Positions 38,050-47,683 of a DNA stretch of 64,000 bases are shown piece by piece; position 1 is the stretch's first letter; the number at the start of each line of letters is the position of its first letter. The notes below the pieces were generated by a model that saw only the letters and a list, made by a program, of their open reading frames with translations, was not told where the DNA came from and made no database searches. The position numbers and the translations under genes are program-made. The DNA comes from Chthoniobacteraceae bacterium (GTDB lineage: Bacteria; Verrucomicrobiota; Verrucomicrobiia; Chthoniobacterales; Chthoniobacteraceae), in the NCBI GenBank assembly GCA_037190965.1, contig JBBCKI010000003.1, positions 1 through 64,000 of the forward strand, written 5' to 3'.

Positions 38050-38291
38050 GGCGTGCCGCTGGAGGGAGTCCAGAAGCTCCCTGATAGCGTAGCGGCTCCG
38101 GCGCGCCGCGTTTTCCGCGCCTGCCTTTACTCCGCCGCTTGATGCCGAGCAGCACCTTATTGGGTGCTTCCGGCCCCAAGCGGTCACCTTGGCGAACTCT
38201 CAAGCAGTTCGCCACGGGCTCTTTTCCCCGTCATTCGCGCGTATCTCTCGCGCATCTTCTCCGTGTATCCCTCAATGCTTGCTTCACTCAT
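38050..38291 (-). pseudogene. Frameshifted N-terminal fragment of an IS transposase (rve/integrase-core, ISNCY-like)
   Basis: From ATG 38291: MSEASIEGYTEKMRERYARMTGKRARGELL / EFAKVTAWGRKH / NKVLLGIKRRSKGRRGKRGAP / SRY, joined across about three frameshifts. Resembles the RY.......K..LLDEF..VTG..RK.A..L...RG....Y N-terminus of this family. Confidence 0.6.
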
Positions 38292-38455
38292 GGGCCATGG
38301 TGTCTCCATTTTGTGATGGCAACGGGCCCTTCCTGCCGACTCAAGTAACTATTTCGGTGTCCGCTTCAATAGGCAACACGCCCGGCAACTTCCTTGCAAA
38401 AAATACTGGATTTCCAATCCCCCGAGCCTTATACATCGCCCTCCACTGATTTTGG

Positions 38456-38530
38456 GCGCGGTTAGCTCAGCGGTAGAGCGCTTGCTTCACACGCAAGAAG
38501 TCACAGGTTCGAACCCTGTACCGCGCACCA
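38456..38530 (+). tRNA. tRNA-Val (anticodon CAC)
   Basis: Acceptor GCGCGGT/ACCGCGC, D-arm AGCTCAGCGGTAGAGC, anticodon arm CTTGC-TTCACAC-GCAAG, T-arm ACAGG-TTCGAAC-CCTGT, encoded CCA. Confidence 0.97.
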
Positions 38531-38572
38531 TTTTCGTGATTTTTTCAGGCTCGCAGCCTGACTTTGGGAGAG

Positions 38573-39898
38573 TCACTCAGCGGCTCCCACCACCTCCTCT
38601 ACCCCCAACCGTAGCGCTTCCACACACTGCGCGATCTGCGCTTCGCTCACGCAATACGGAGGCATGAGGGTGATGGTGTCGCGGATGGGGCGGGTCAACA
38701 GGCCATGCTTTCGGGCGGCGACGCAGACGCGGGCGCCGGTTTGCTCCTGCCAGGGGAACGGCTCGCCGCTGGATTGAGTGACCTCAAAGGCGGCAATAAA
38801 ACCGCATTGGCGAACATTGCGGATGTTGGGATGGCCGTCAAGGGTCGCGAGCGAACGGGCGAGTTGCGCGATTTTCTCCTGAACCCGATCCATCACGCAC
38901 TCCTCGCGGAAGATGGCAAGGTTGGCCAGGGCAGCAGCGCAGCCGAGTTGATTGGCCGTGTAGCTGTGGCCGTAAAAGAAGGATTTCAGCTCCGCATAAT
39001 CGCCAAGAAACGCTTCGTAGATTTCCTCGCGAACCAGCGTTGCCGCCAGCGGCAGGTAACCGCCGGTCAGCCCCTTGGCCAGCGCGACGAAATCCGGGAT
39101 GACCCCTTCCCGCTCGCAGGCAAACATCGTTCCGGTACGGCCAAAACCGGTCATCACCTCGTCGACGATGAGATACACCCCGTGGCGGTCGCACCAGGCA
39201 CGCAGCCGCGCCAACATTCCCGCAGGCCAGATCTGCATTCCCGCCGAGCCCTGGATGAGCGGCTCGATAACCACCGCCGTCACTTCTTTGGGGTCGATCC
39301 GGTCCTGATTGCAATCTCCGGCCCCGGAACGCGCCTCCAGTTCATCCATGGAAGCGACGTGCACCGTGGGAAACTGATGCGCGGCGAAACGCCCATGAAA
39401 CGCGCTGATCCCCCCAAGGCTGCTCGCCCCCATGGTGTCCCCATGATAGGCGTTGGCAAACGCGATGAAGCGCATCCGCTCCCCTTCCCCCCGCTGCTGG
39501 CGGGACTGGACGGCCATCTTCAGGGCAGCCTCGATGGCGGTGCTGCCGTCGTCGGAAAAGAAAACGCGGGTCAGTTCGGAAGGCGAGCCATCGGGATGGC
39601 TCCAAAGTGCCACCAATTCCTCCGCGAGCCGGATGGCGGGCGGATTGGTAAAACCGAGAAATGAAGTGTGCGCCACCTTGTCGAGCTGCTCCCGGATCGC
39701 GGCGTTGATACGCGGGTGGCGATGCCCGTGCAGGTTCGTCCAGATGGACGAATTCCCGTCGATATACTCGCGCCCTTCGCTGTCGCGCAGCAGCGTCCCC
39801 TCGCCCTCCACGAGAACAAGCGGTTCATGCCCCGGGGCGCACCAGTCGCGCATCTGCGTGAAGGGGTGCCACGAATGGCGCTTCTCGGCGTCGATCAT
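38573..39898 (-). CDS. bioA: Adenosylmethionine-8-amino-7-oxononanoate aminotransferase
   Basis: WHPFTQM, YHGDT, DEVMTGFGRTG, AKGLTGGYLPL (PLP Lys), GHSYTAN. Confidence 0.95.
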   Translation of the reverse strand: MIDAEKRHSWHPFTQMRDWCAPGHEPLVLVEGEGTLLRDSEGREYIDGNSSIWTNLHGHRHPRINAAIREQLDKVAHTSFLGFTNPPAIRLAEELVALWSHPDGSPSELTRVFFSDDGSTAIEAALKMAVQSRQQRGEGERMRFIAFANAYHGDTMGASSLGGISAFHGRFAAHQFPTVHVASMDELEARSGAGDCNQDRIDPKEVTAVVIEPLIQGSAGMQIWPAGMLARLRAWCDRHGVYLIVDEVMTGFGRTGTMFACEREGVIPDFVALAKGLTGGYLPLAATLVREEIYEAFLGDYAELKSFFYGHSYTANQLGCAAALANLAIFREECVMDRVQEKIAQLARSLATLDGHPNIRNVRQCGFIAAFEVTQSSGEPFPWQEQTGARVCVAARKHGLLTRPIRDTITLMPPYCVSEAQIAQCVEALRLGVEEVVGAAE

Positions 39899-40152
39899 TC
39901 CCCGCCCCGCGCCTCGATCATCTTTTCAATCAGGACGACGTCCTCGTAGGCCGCGCGGCGGCGCTGGTATTTGCGGAAGAGGACGTCGCGGAGTTCGATG
40001 AGATCCTCCATGAGCGGCGGCTCGTGATAAGTCCAGTCAAGGTCGCTCTTGAGCTTGGACTGAATGCGCCAATCGCCCCCGAATTTAATGGCCCGCACCT
40101 CGCGCTTTTCGCCTTCGGCGGTCCTCTCTGTCCAAATGTGCTTGTTGTGCAT
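39895..40152 (-). CDS. Small hypothetical protein coupled to bioA
   Basis: 85 aa, MHNKHIWTERTAEGEKREVRA...KYQRRRA; ATGA overlap with the bioA start; typical codon usage. Confidence 0.7.
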   Translation of the reverse strand: MHNKHIWTERTAEGEKREVRAIKFGGDWRIQSKLKSDLDWTYHEPPLMEDLIELRDVLFRKYQRRRAAYEDVVLIEKMIEARGGE

Positions 40153-40191
40153 GGCTGTGTCGTTGAGATTTGCGGCCAAACTTCTCTCACT

Positions 40192-41127
40192 TTGAAGGAA
40201 CTTGGCAAAATCATTTTGTATCTTGTCGCCACGGTCGTCCTTGGCGCCCTCCTCGCACCGCAACTTTATTGGGGGCTGATGTGGCTCAACGGCCATGGCC
40301 TGCTCCTCAATTTGGCCGATGTCGAGTTTCAGCGGGTCTTCCACCGCGGCATCCTGGTGGCCGCCATCGTTCTACTGTGGCCTCTGGTGAAATGGATCCA
40401 GATTCCCCATATCCGCGGGCTGGGGCTTCGACCGAACCCGCTCCGCTGGCAGGACCTGGCGATCGGCTTCCTCGCCTCGTTCCTCGTCATGGCGTTGCTC
40501 GCCGCCGTGTTGATCCATCTGGAAATTTACACGCTACGGAAATCGCCCAAATGGGATGAACTGAGAGCGGTCATGGTTTCGGCGGTGGTGGTTTCCCTTT
40601 TGGAGGAAGGCTTGTTCCGGGGCGCGTTCCTGGGGCTCCTGAACCGGACGATGCGCCCGTTCCTTTCGCTCTTTGCCGTCTCCTCGATCTACTCGGTCGT
40701 GCATTTTCTGAAACCGGACAAGGAACCCGTCACCGACGCCGTCATCACCTGGACTTCGGGTTTCCCTCTGCTTCTGGAAGCGCTGGAGCCCTTCAAATTT
40801 CACAACCTGTCGGAATTCCTGATCTTCTTCGGCGGCTTCGCCACCCTCTTTGCGGTCGGCTGGATCCTCGGCTGGACGCGCCTGAAGACCGGCTCTCTCT
40901 GGATGGCCATCGGCCTTCACGCAGGCTGGATCCTCGGCAAGATGGGCCTCGGAAAGATCGCCCGGCGCAAAATTACCGACACCCTTCCATGGCTCGGGGA
41001 GGACATCACCATCGGGCTGGTTTCCCTCGGCATGGTCATCCTCACCGGGCTGCTCGTCTGGTACTGGATCGGCAGGATTCGCAAAACGCCTCATGAACAT
41101 TCCGTGGCCCCTGCAAAGGTTGTTTAA
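40192..41127 (+). CDS. CPBP (CAAX/Abi) family intramembrane glutamic protease
   Basis: EEGLFRG, H and HAGW motifs; multiple TM helices; probable TTG start. Confidence 0.85.
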   Translation: MKELGKIILYLVATVVLGALLAPQLYWGLMWLNGHGLLLNLADVEFQRVFHRGILVAAIVLLWPLVKWIQIPHIRGLGLRPNPLRWQDLAIGFLASFLVMALLAAVLIHLEIYTLRKSPKWDELRAVMVSAVVVSLLEEGLFRGAFLGLLNRTMRPFLSLFAVSSIYSVVHFLKPDKEPVTDAVITWTSGFPLLLEALEPFKFHNLSEFLIFFGGFATLFAVGWILGWTRLKTGSLWMAIGLHAGWILGKMGLGKIARRKITDTLPWLGEDITIGLVSLGMVILTGLLVWYWIGRIRKTPHEHSVAPAKVV

Positions 41128-41845
41128 CGCGGCGACCCGGGGAGGCCGGAGTTTTCTCAACCTCCTCTACCCGCCGCACTGCATCCTCTGCCGGGCGGAA
41201 ACCGCCGCCCGCGAGTTTGCCTGCCGGCGCTGCCTCCGCACGGCCGTCCCCGTCGGCACCCCATGTTGCCAGGTCTGCTCCGCGCCCTTCGAAGGAGCCA
41301 TTGAGGGAACCTTCACCTGCCCTGCCTGCCGGGAGCAAAAATTTGCCTTCGGTTGCGCCGTGGCCTCCCGCCGCAATCAGGGATCCGCGCGAGAGCTTGT
41401 CCACCGGTTCAAATACCAGAACCAGCTCTACCTCCGGCACCTTTTGGCGGATTGGCTGCTGGAAGCCATCGCCGATCCCCGCCTCCAGACGCCGCAGCCC
41501 GATTGCCTCGTTCCCGTCCCCCTGCACCCCACCCGACAGCGCGAACGGGGGTTCAACCAGGCGCATCTTCTGGCAAAAATTGCGGCCCAAAAAAGCGGCA
41601 TCCCCCTGCTTCCCTCCCTGAAACGCATCCGTTTCACCCCCACCCAGACCCGGCTCGATCGAGAGGCCCGCATCGAAAACTTGCGCAATGCCTTTGGAAT
41701 GATCCAAACTGTGGATGTGCGCAACCTGCATCTGCTTCTCATCGACGACGTGCTGACCACCGGGTCCACCGTCAACGAATGCGCCCGTGTCCTCAAGACG
41801 GCGGGCGCGGCGTCCGTTCGCGTTGCCGCCGTCATTCGAGGTTAA
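41093..41845 (+). CDS. comF: ComF-family protein (zinc ribbon + phosphoribosyltransferase domain)
   Basis: CxxC pairs, VPVPLH..R..ERGFNQA, IDDVLTTGST. Confidence 0.9.
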   Translation: MNIPWPLQRLFNAATRGGRSFLNLLYPPHCILCRAETAAREFACRRCLRTAVPVGTPCCQVCSAPFEGAIEGTFTCPACREQKFAFGCAVASRRNQGSARELVHRFKYQNQLYLRHLLADWLLEAIADPRLQTPQPDCLVPVPLHPTRQRERGFNQAHLLAKIAAQKSGIPLLPSLKRIRFTPTQTRLDREARIENLRNAFGMIQTVDVRNLHLLLIDDVLTTGSTVNECARVLKTAGAASVRVAAVIRG

Positions 41846-41878
41846 AGCCGCACCCAACTTCAACGATTCACCAACCCT

Positions 41879-42724
41879 ATGGGTATTTTCCAACGTCCGA
41901 CGTTCATTTCAAAAAGCTCCAAAAAACTGGAGATCCCCGAGGGGCTCTGGGAAAAGTGCCCAAGCTGCAAGGAGGTCATCTCCAATCTTGAGCTTGCGGA
42001 GAACTACCACGTCTGCCCCAAGTGCGACCACCACTTCACCATCGGCGCGCATGACCGGCTCGCCAAGCTGCTCGACGCCGGGAGCTTCGAGGAACTCGAC
42101 GCCGACATGACCTCCGTCGATACCCTGAAATTCCAGGGAATGGCCTCCTACACCGACCGGCTCAAAACCTACCAGAAAAAGACCGGCCTTGTGGACGCTT
42201 TCGTCAGCGGGATGGGCAAGCTTGAGGGGCGGCGCATCGCCGTGGGCGTGATGGATTTCCGTTTCCTCGCCGCCACCATGGGCTCCGTCGTCGGCGAAAA
42301 GATCACCCGCCTGATCGAACGCGCCACGAAGGAACAAACCGCCGTCATCATCTTCTGCGCCTCCGGCGGCGCGCGGATGTACGAAGGGATGCTCAGCCTC
42401 ATGCAGATGGCCAAGACCTGCGGCGCTCTCGCGCTCCATCAGCAGGCCGGGCTACCCTACATTTCCGTCATGACTCACCCGACCACCGGGGGCGTCAGCG
42501 CCAGCTTTGCCACCGTGGGCGACATCAACATCGCGGAACCCAAAGCCATGATCGGCTTTGCCGGGCCGCGTGTCATCCGCGAGACCACGCACCAGGATCT
42601 CCCCGCCGGTTTCCAGACCGCCGAGTTTCTCGACCAGCACGGCCTCGTCGACATGATCGTGCATCGCAAGAAAATGAGGGACTCCCTCGCCGACGTGCTT
42701 GGTTACGTGCTCCCGGCGAAATAA
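41879..42724 (+). CDS. accD: Acetyl-CoA carboxylase carboxyltransferase beta subunit
   Basis: LWEKCPSC...VCPKC zinc finger, GSVVGEKI, SGGARM, PTTGGVSASF, GFAGPRVI. Confidence 0.97.
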   Translation: MGIFQRPTFISKSSKKLEIPEGLWEKCPSCKEVISNLELAENYHVCPKCDHHFTIGAHDRLAKLLDAGSFEELDADMTSVDTLKFQGMASYTDRLKTYQKKTGLVDAFVSGMGKLEGRRIAVGVMDFRFLAATMGSVVGEKITRLIERATKEQTAVIIFCASGGARMYEGMLSLMQMAKTCGALALHQQAGLPYISVMTHPTTGGVSASFATVGDINIAEPKAMIGFAGPRVIRETTHQDLPAGFQTAEFLDQHGLVDMIVHRKKMRDSLADVLGYVLPAK

Positions 42725-42744
42725 GAGCGTTTTACGCCCATCCC

Positions 42745-43992
42745 GTGAACTATCCGGACGCCGTCGCGTGGCTCTACTCCACGCAGGGGATTGGGATCAA
42801 GCTGGGGCTGGAGAATATCCAACGTCTGCTCGACCTGCCGGGGGCACGCCGCTTCTCAGAGCCGCGCCCGCGCATCCTCCATGTCGCGGGCACCAACGGC
42901 AAAGGCTCCGTCTGCGCCATGCTTGACGCGATCTGCCGCGCGGCGGGGCTGCACACGGGGCTTTACACCTCACCGCATCTCGTCACCTATCGGGAGCGGA
43001 TCCGGGTCGATGGAGCCATGATCCCCGAAGACGCCGTCGCCGCCGGGCTCACCCGTCTGCGCGAAGCCACCTCCGGCTGGGAACATCCCCCGACCTTCTT
43101 CGAACTCACCACCGCCCTTGCCCTCGACTGGTTCGCGAGACAGAGCGTCGAAATCGTGGTGCTCGAAACCGGTCTCGGCGGCAGGCTCGACTCCAGCAAC
43201 GCCGTCACTCCCGCCGTCTCGGTCCTCACACCGATCAGCTTCGACCACGCCCAATACCTCGGTAACACCCTGGCGAGCATCGCCGCCGAAAAGGCCGGGA
43301 TCATCAAGCCCCGCATCCCCGTCGTCAGCGCCTCCCAACCGGGCGAAGCCACGAAGGTCGTCGAAGAGACCGCAGCCCGCCTCGCCTCGCCCCTCCAATG
43401 GGTCACGGAGCCTGTCGCCTACGAGATCGCCCTTCCCGGCTCCCATCAGGCCTCCAACGCCGCCCTGGCCATCGCGGCGCTCCGAGCCGCGGCGATCCCG
43501 GTTTCTGAAGAAGCTATCCAACAAGGCTTGCGGGAAGTCGTCTGGCCGGGCCGCTTCCAGCGGCTCACCCTCCCCTCGGGAACCCCACTCGTCCTCGACG
43601 GCGCCCATAACGAAGCCGCCGCGGAACGACTGGTGCAGACCTGGCGTGAACTCTACGACGAAGAAAGGCCGATCATCATCCTGGGCGCATTGGGAGACAA
43701 GGATCTCACCGCCATCTGCCGGAACCTGGCCCCCCTCGCCGCCGAGTTTATCGTCACCCCCGTCGCCAACCCGCGTTCCTCTTCCGCCGAAGCGCTGGCG
43801 CAAATGCTTGGAGAATACGCACCCGGCGTCCCATGCGCTATCGCTGCCTCCGTCGAGGAGGCTCTGCATCTTGGGAATGCAAGAGCCTCAAAAACGGGGA
43901 AACGCCTCCTTGTCACCGGTTCGCTCTTCCTGATCGGCGAAACGATAACATTACTGGAAGGACGCGAGACGGAATTCAATAGCGCTCAATAG
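42745..43992 (+). CDS. folC: Folylpolyglutamate synthase/dihydrofolate synthase
   Basis: HVAGTNGKGS, YTSPHL, ETGLGGRLD, WPGRFQ, LDGAHN. Confidence 0.96.
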   Translation: MNYPDAVAWLYSTQGIGIKLGLENIQRLLDLPGARRFSEPRPRILHVAGTNGKGSVCAMLDAICRAAGLHTGLYTSPHLVTYRERIRVDGAMIPEDAVAAGLTRLREATSGWEHPPTFFELTTALALDWFARQSVEIVVLETGLGGRLDSSNAVTPAVSVLTPISFDHAQYLGNTLASIAAEKAGIIKPRIPVVSASQPGEATKVVEETAARLASPLQWVTEPVAYEIALPGSHQASNAALAIAALRAAAIPVSEEAIQQGLREVVWPGRFQRLTLPSGTPLVLDGAHNEAAAERLVQTWRELYDEERPIIILGALGDKDLTAICRNLAPLAAEFIVTPVANPRSSSAEALAQMLGEYAPGVPCAIAASVEEALHLGNARASKTGKRLLVTGSLFLIGETITLLEGRETEFNSAQ

Positions 43993-44027
43993 CGCGCAGT
44001 GCCCCAAGGCGTGGCCACAGCCCCCAA

Positions 44028-45938
44028 TCACTTGACCGGCCACGCATCACTCCGGAACGGAGAAGCCGGAAGATCAGCGCCATTGTAAAGATTGCATCCT
44101 TCGGGATTGTCAGCCCATGCGTATCGAACCGCGCATGGATTCGGTACCCGGGGGCTGAAAACCACGACGGTATCCCCTTCGATCGTCGCTTCCGCCCACT
44201 CAAACACGCGATTCTGGCCCGCGACGGCAAAATGGCGTAGCGCTCCGCCCTTCGCAACCAACTTGCCGCCGGTATGTCGGAAAGTGCAACGAATGTGCCC
44301 CCCGGTTTCAATGGTCATCCCGGAAAACAGAGGCCCCATGGGCACCATTTCCTGGTGGTAGACATCGTGCAAGGCGCTCTGGGCCAACCTGAGGCCCACA
44401 TCCTTTTTATTGCGTGGATGAATATCGTCGGCCCCTCCAATGTCGATGGCGACCGCCATTCCCGTTGCCTCCAGAGCCAGAACGGATGTCTGCGCCTCGC
44501 GGAGGGCCGCCCACTCGCTCTCGACCGGTTTCTGGGAGGGACTCAAATAGTTGGCCAACTGAACCTGAATAAACGGGAAATTTCCAGCCCCCCAAGCCCT
44601 TCGCCAATCATTGATCATCGCAGGCAACATTCGCCGATAGAGATTGGCCTCGCCCACATTCGATTCGCCTTGATACCAGATCACACCCCGGATGCCATAG
44701 GGGATCAAGGGGGCAAGCCGGTTATCGAACAGGATGGCAGGCGAATTCGGATTCCCGATGCCCCATGCCAGCTGTGGGGGGATCACCCGACCCCAGTTGT
44801 GTTCAACGCAGTAATGCCAGTCACCATGGAGGGGAATCCGCTCGGTTGGAGCGGCTCCGACCGGAGAGACCCACATTTCATGCACGGGCCCCGCCAGCCC
44901 ACCCCCATAAACGTGCGAACGCGCACGAACCGCGATCAGCAGGCCCCCGCTCGAATCCACCATTTCCCCGGCCACCCGATAAACACGCGGCACGCACCAG
45001 GAATCCTTGACCTCCCACCCGGTTGAGCCCACGTGATGACCGTTCGCCCAAGTTTCATCGTGCTTGTCGATGGCGCCCAGGCAAAGCTCCAGTTCTTTGC
45101 CAATCCAGGATGCGGGAATCTCCAGCTTCTTCCGGAACCAGAAAACGCCGCTGTAGTCATGGCCGTGGCTCTGCCAAAGGCCGGGTAAAGCCATGGTTTC
45201 CCATGCAGAGTGATCGAACGCGGGGGAAGCCCAGCCTCGCGGCAACCCAAGGTTGCCGGGGTCTTGAGGCGCATCGCACCGCTCCCATTCTTGAAAGGTT
45301 TGCAAGCCCGCGCGGCTGCCGCGCCGCCAGAGATACGATTCGTAAAACTGAATTTCATTCCGCCCTTCCGGGTCCAGCATGAGCGCCTCGCGGCTCGTCC
45401 AGGCCTGGACCCGGGTTCCGCCCCAGGCGTTGCAAATCAGCCCCACGGGCACCCCCAGCGCCCGATGCAACCGGCGGCCGAAGTACCCGCCTACCGCCGA
45501 AAAGGCAGCCAACGTCTCAGGGGTACAAAGCCGCCACTTTCCATCCACGGAATCAGTGCATCCGAGTTGCGCAGGCGTCGTCACCGTCAGCATTCGGACT
45601 TCGGGCAGCGAGGACGAATCGGGCATTTCATCCTCCCCGATCTGGTTGAGTTTCCACTCCATGTTGGATTGCCCGGAGCAGACCCAGACCTCTCCCACCA
45701 AAAGATCGTTCACTTCCACCACCCCCGAAGATGCTTCCACCGTGAGCTGGTGAGGACCTCCCTCCTTCAGAGGCGGCAGGCGCAGCAGCCACCGCCCGCT
45801 GGCATCGACCGTCGTTCCCGCTTCGTGTCCGGCCAACCTGACAACGACGTTGTCGCCGGGCGAACCGGTCCCCCAGATAGGAAGAGGGATATTACGCTGA
45901 AGAACCGCGTGATCCTGAAAGAGAGATGCCAGTTGCAT
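44028..45938 (-). CDS. Sialate O-acetylesterase (SASA) family protein with inserted sugar-binding domain
   Basis: GEVWVCSGQSNME, WYQGESN, DIHPRNK, VRYAWADNP. Confidence 0.9.
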   Translation of the reverse strand: MQLASLFQDHAVLQRNIPLPIWGTGSPGDNVVVRLAGHEAGTTVDASGRWLLRLPPLKEGGPHQLTVEASSGVVEVNDLLVGEVWVCSGQSNMEWKLNQIGEDEMPDSSSLPEVRMLTVTTPAQLGCTDSVDGKWRLCTPETLAAFSAVGGYFGRRLHRALGVPVGLICNAWGGTRVQAWTSREALMLDPEGRNEIQFYESYLWRRGSRAGLQTFQEWERCDAPQDPGNLGLPRGWASPAFDHSAWETMALPGLWQSHGHDYSGVFWFRKKLEIPASWIGKELELCLGAIDKHDETWANGHHVGSTGWEVKDSWCVPRVYRVAGEMVDSSGGLLIAVRARSHVYGGGLAGPVHEMWVSPVGAAPTERIPLHGDWHYCVEHNWGRVIPPQLAWGIGNPNSPAILFDNRLAPLIPYGIRGVIWYQGESNVGEANLYRRMLPAMINDWRRAWGAGNFPFIQVQLANYLSPSQKPVESEWAALREAQTSVLALEATGMAVAIDIGGADDIHPRNKKDVGLRLAQSALHDVYHQEMVPMGPLFSGMTIETGGHIRCTFRHTGGKLVAKGGALRHFAVAGQNRVFEWAEATIEGDTVVVFSPRVPNPCAVRYAWADNPEGCNLYNGADLPASPFRSDAWPVK

Positions 45939-46112
45939 GGGAAAAAATGAACCTTGGATGGTTATCGTCGTTCGTTTTGAAATAGGCATCCCACTTTTGG
46001 CTTTCAACCCGAAAATCGAGATTGGGAGCGAATAGGTGAGTCGCTAATTCGCCTTTCAATGGATAGGACGTGTGATCATTTTTCGACTTTGCAGTCGATA
46101 CGGCCTCTCACT

Positions 46113-46237
46113 TTAGCCTAAGAACGGTGATGGGAGAGGCGAGGCGTACCCCAATGGGTACGGTGAGCCTCGACGAAAGTCACTCGCGGCCAGCAGATTC
46201 GCCAGATCGCCCCGATCCATTGCCGTTTTTAGGTTTA
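46113..46237. repeat. Putative MITE-like element with imperfect terminal inverted repeats
   Basis: TTAGCCTAAGAACGGTGATGG versus the reverse complement of CCATTGCCGTTTTTAGGTTTA (16/21 identical); internal GTACCC-CAAT-GGGTAC hairpin. Confidence 0.45.
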
Positions 46238-46256
46238 GACATCCTGCCCAGGAAAA

Positions 46257-46730
46257 ATGCCGCTGATCGAAATCGAGACTTGGATTCAAGCCCCTGTCGA
46301 GCGGGTCTTCGATCTTGCCCGCAGCATTGATGCCCACAAGGCGAGCGCTGAAGGCACGAAGGAACGAGCCATTGAAGGCCGTACTTCCGGTCTGATCGAG
46401 ATGGGAGAGAGCGTTACATGGGAAGCGCGGCATTTCGGCGTCACGCAGCGCCTCACTGTGAGAATCACGGCATTCGATCGACCTCACCTATTTGAAGACC
46501 AGATGGTTCGAGGCGCATTTTCCTCGATGAAGCATTGCCACAGGTTTACCTCGAGCGGTGGCGGAACTCTGATGCAGGATGAATTTCATTTTGCCACGCC
46601 GCTTGGATTCATTGGACATATCGTAGAGCGAATGTTCCTCACAAGATATATGACGAACTTTCTGCTTAAGCGAAATCGCGCTTTGAAGCACCTCGCTGAG
46701 TCCGATGAATGGCAACGGTACATGCCGTAG
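46257..46730 (+). CDS. SRPBCC family protein
   Basis: IQAPVERVFDLARSID.H, VTWEARHFG, FEDQMVRGAF. Confidence 0.88.
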   Translation: MPLIEIETWIQAPVERVFDLARSIDAHKASAEGTKERAIEGRTSGLIEMGESVTWEARHFGVTQRLTVRITAFDRPHLFEDQMVRGAFSSMKHCHRFTSSGGGTLMQDEFHFATPLGFIGHIVERMFLTRYMTNFLLKRNRALKHLAESDEWQRYMP

Positions 46731-46915
46731 CAGTAGCCGGAAAAAATTAATTTAGGGCGCAAACACTCGCCGATTTCCTGGCCAAACGGTGCGGCAGCAC
46801 CGGTAGGCCGCTCGCGCCGTCTCGCCAGAGCGGCTTACCGATTTTCCCACCCTGCGGCCAACGGAAAAAAAATCCAACCACGAAGGTGCCTTCATACGAT
46901 TCGCAGGAACTTCTC

Positions 46916-47647
46916 ATGAAACCCCATCCCACCGTCACCCATCGTTACGCTCTTCCCGAGGAAAGACCGGGTTATGTCGAACAACTCTTCAACGAAGGAG
47001 CGAAGCATTATGACCCCATTGTGGGCTGGGGATTCCTTGGTACCGGCAATCGTTATCGCTCAGACGCCCTGAGGCGTCACGGCCTGAAGCCCGGGATGGA
47101 ACTGCTTGACGTCGCTTCGGGAACCGGACTGATGGCGGTGGCGGCAAAGACCATCCTCGGCAATGATGAGGCGATCACCTGCGTGGAACCTAGTGACGGG
47201 ATGAGGGCCGTCGCCATGAAGAAACTCAACGCCCGCTTTGTCAAAAGCGGCGCGGAATCGATGCCCCTGGAGAATTCGACTTTCGATTTCCTCACCGTCG
47301 GATACGCGCTGCGGCACTTTTCGGACCTTGAAACAACATTCGCTGAATTCCGCCGGGTATTAAAACCGGGGGGAAAGGTTCTGATCCTCGAAGCCACCCG
47401 CCCTTCCGGCCGCTTTGGCTCATTCCTCTTCCGCCTTTATTTTGGGCGCATCTATCCCCTCTTCGCCCGGCTTTTTACCGGGAGCCGAAAAGCGGAGGAA
47501 ATGATGGCCTACTTTTGGGAGACCATGGATACCTGTGTTCGACCGGAAGAGGTACAGCGCGCTTTGAAAGAGGCAGGATTCAATGAAGTAAAACGCCATC
47601 GGTTGATGGGATTCTTCAGCGAATACACCGCCGTGAAAAACGCTTGA
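46916..47647 (+). CDS. Class I SAM methyltransferase, UbiE/MenG-like
   Basis: LLDVASGTG, FDFLTVGYALRH, RVLKPGG. Confidence 0.85.
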   Translation: MKPHPTVTHRYALPEERPGYVEQLFNEGAKHYDPIVGWGFLGTGNRYRSDALRRHGLKPGMELLDVASGTGLMAVAAKTILGNDEAITCVEPSDGMRAVAMKKLNARFVKSGAESMPLENSTFDFLTVGYALRHFSDLETTFAEFRRVLKPGGKVLILEATRPSGRFGSFLFRLYFGRIYPLFARLFTGSRKAEEMMAYFWETMDTCVRPEEVQRALKEAGFNEVKRHRLMGFFSEYTAVKNA

Positions 47648-47683
47648 GGAGAAGCGCGGCCTTATCTCTCCTCAATCCCCTTT

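Noticed and set aside
37951..38187. 78-aa ORF as an independent gene
   Set aside because: It partly overlaps the frameshifted transposase remnant and is better explained as part of that pseudogene.
35960..38530. Classical integrase island inserted at tRNA-Val
   Set aside because: The cassette lies 5' of the tRNA, no integrase is present, and I saw no duplicated tRNA 3' end (att site).
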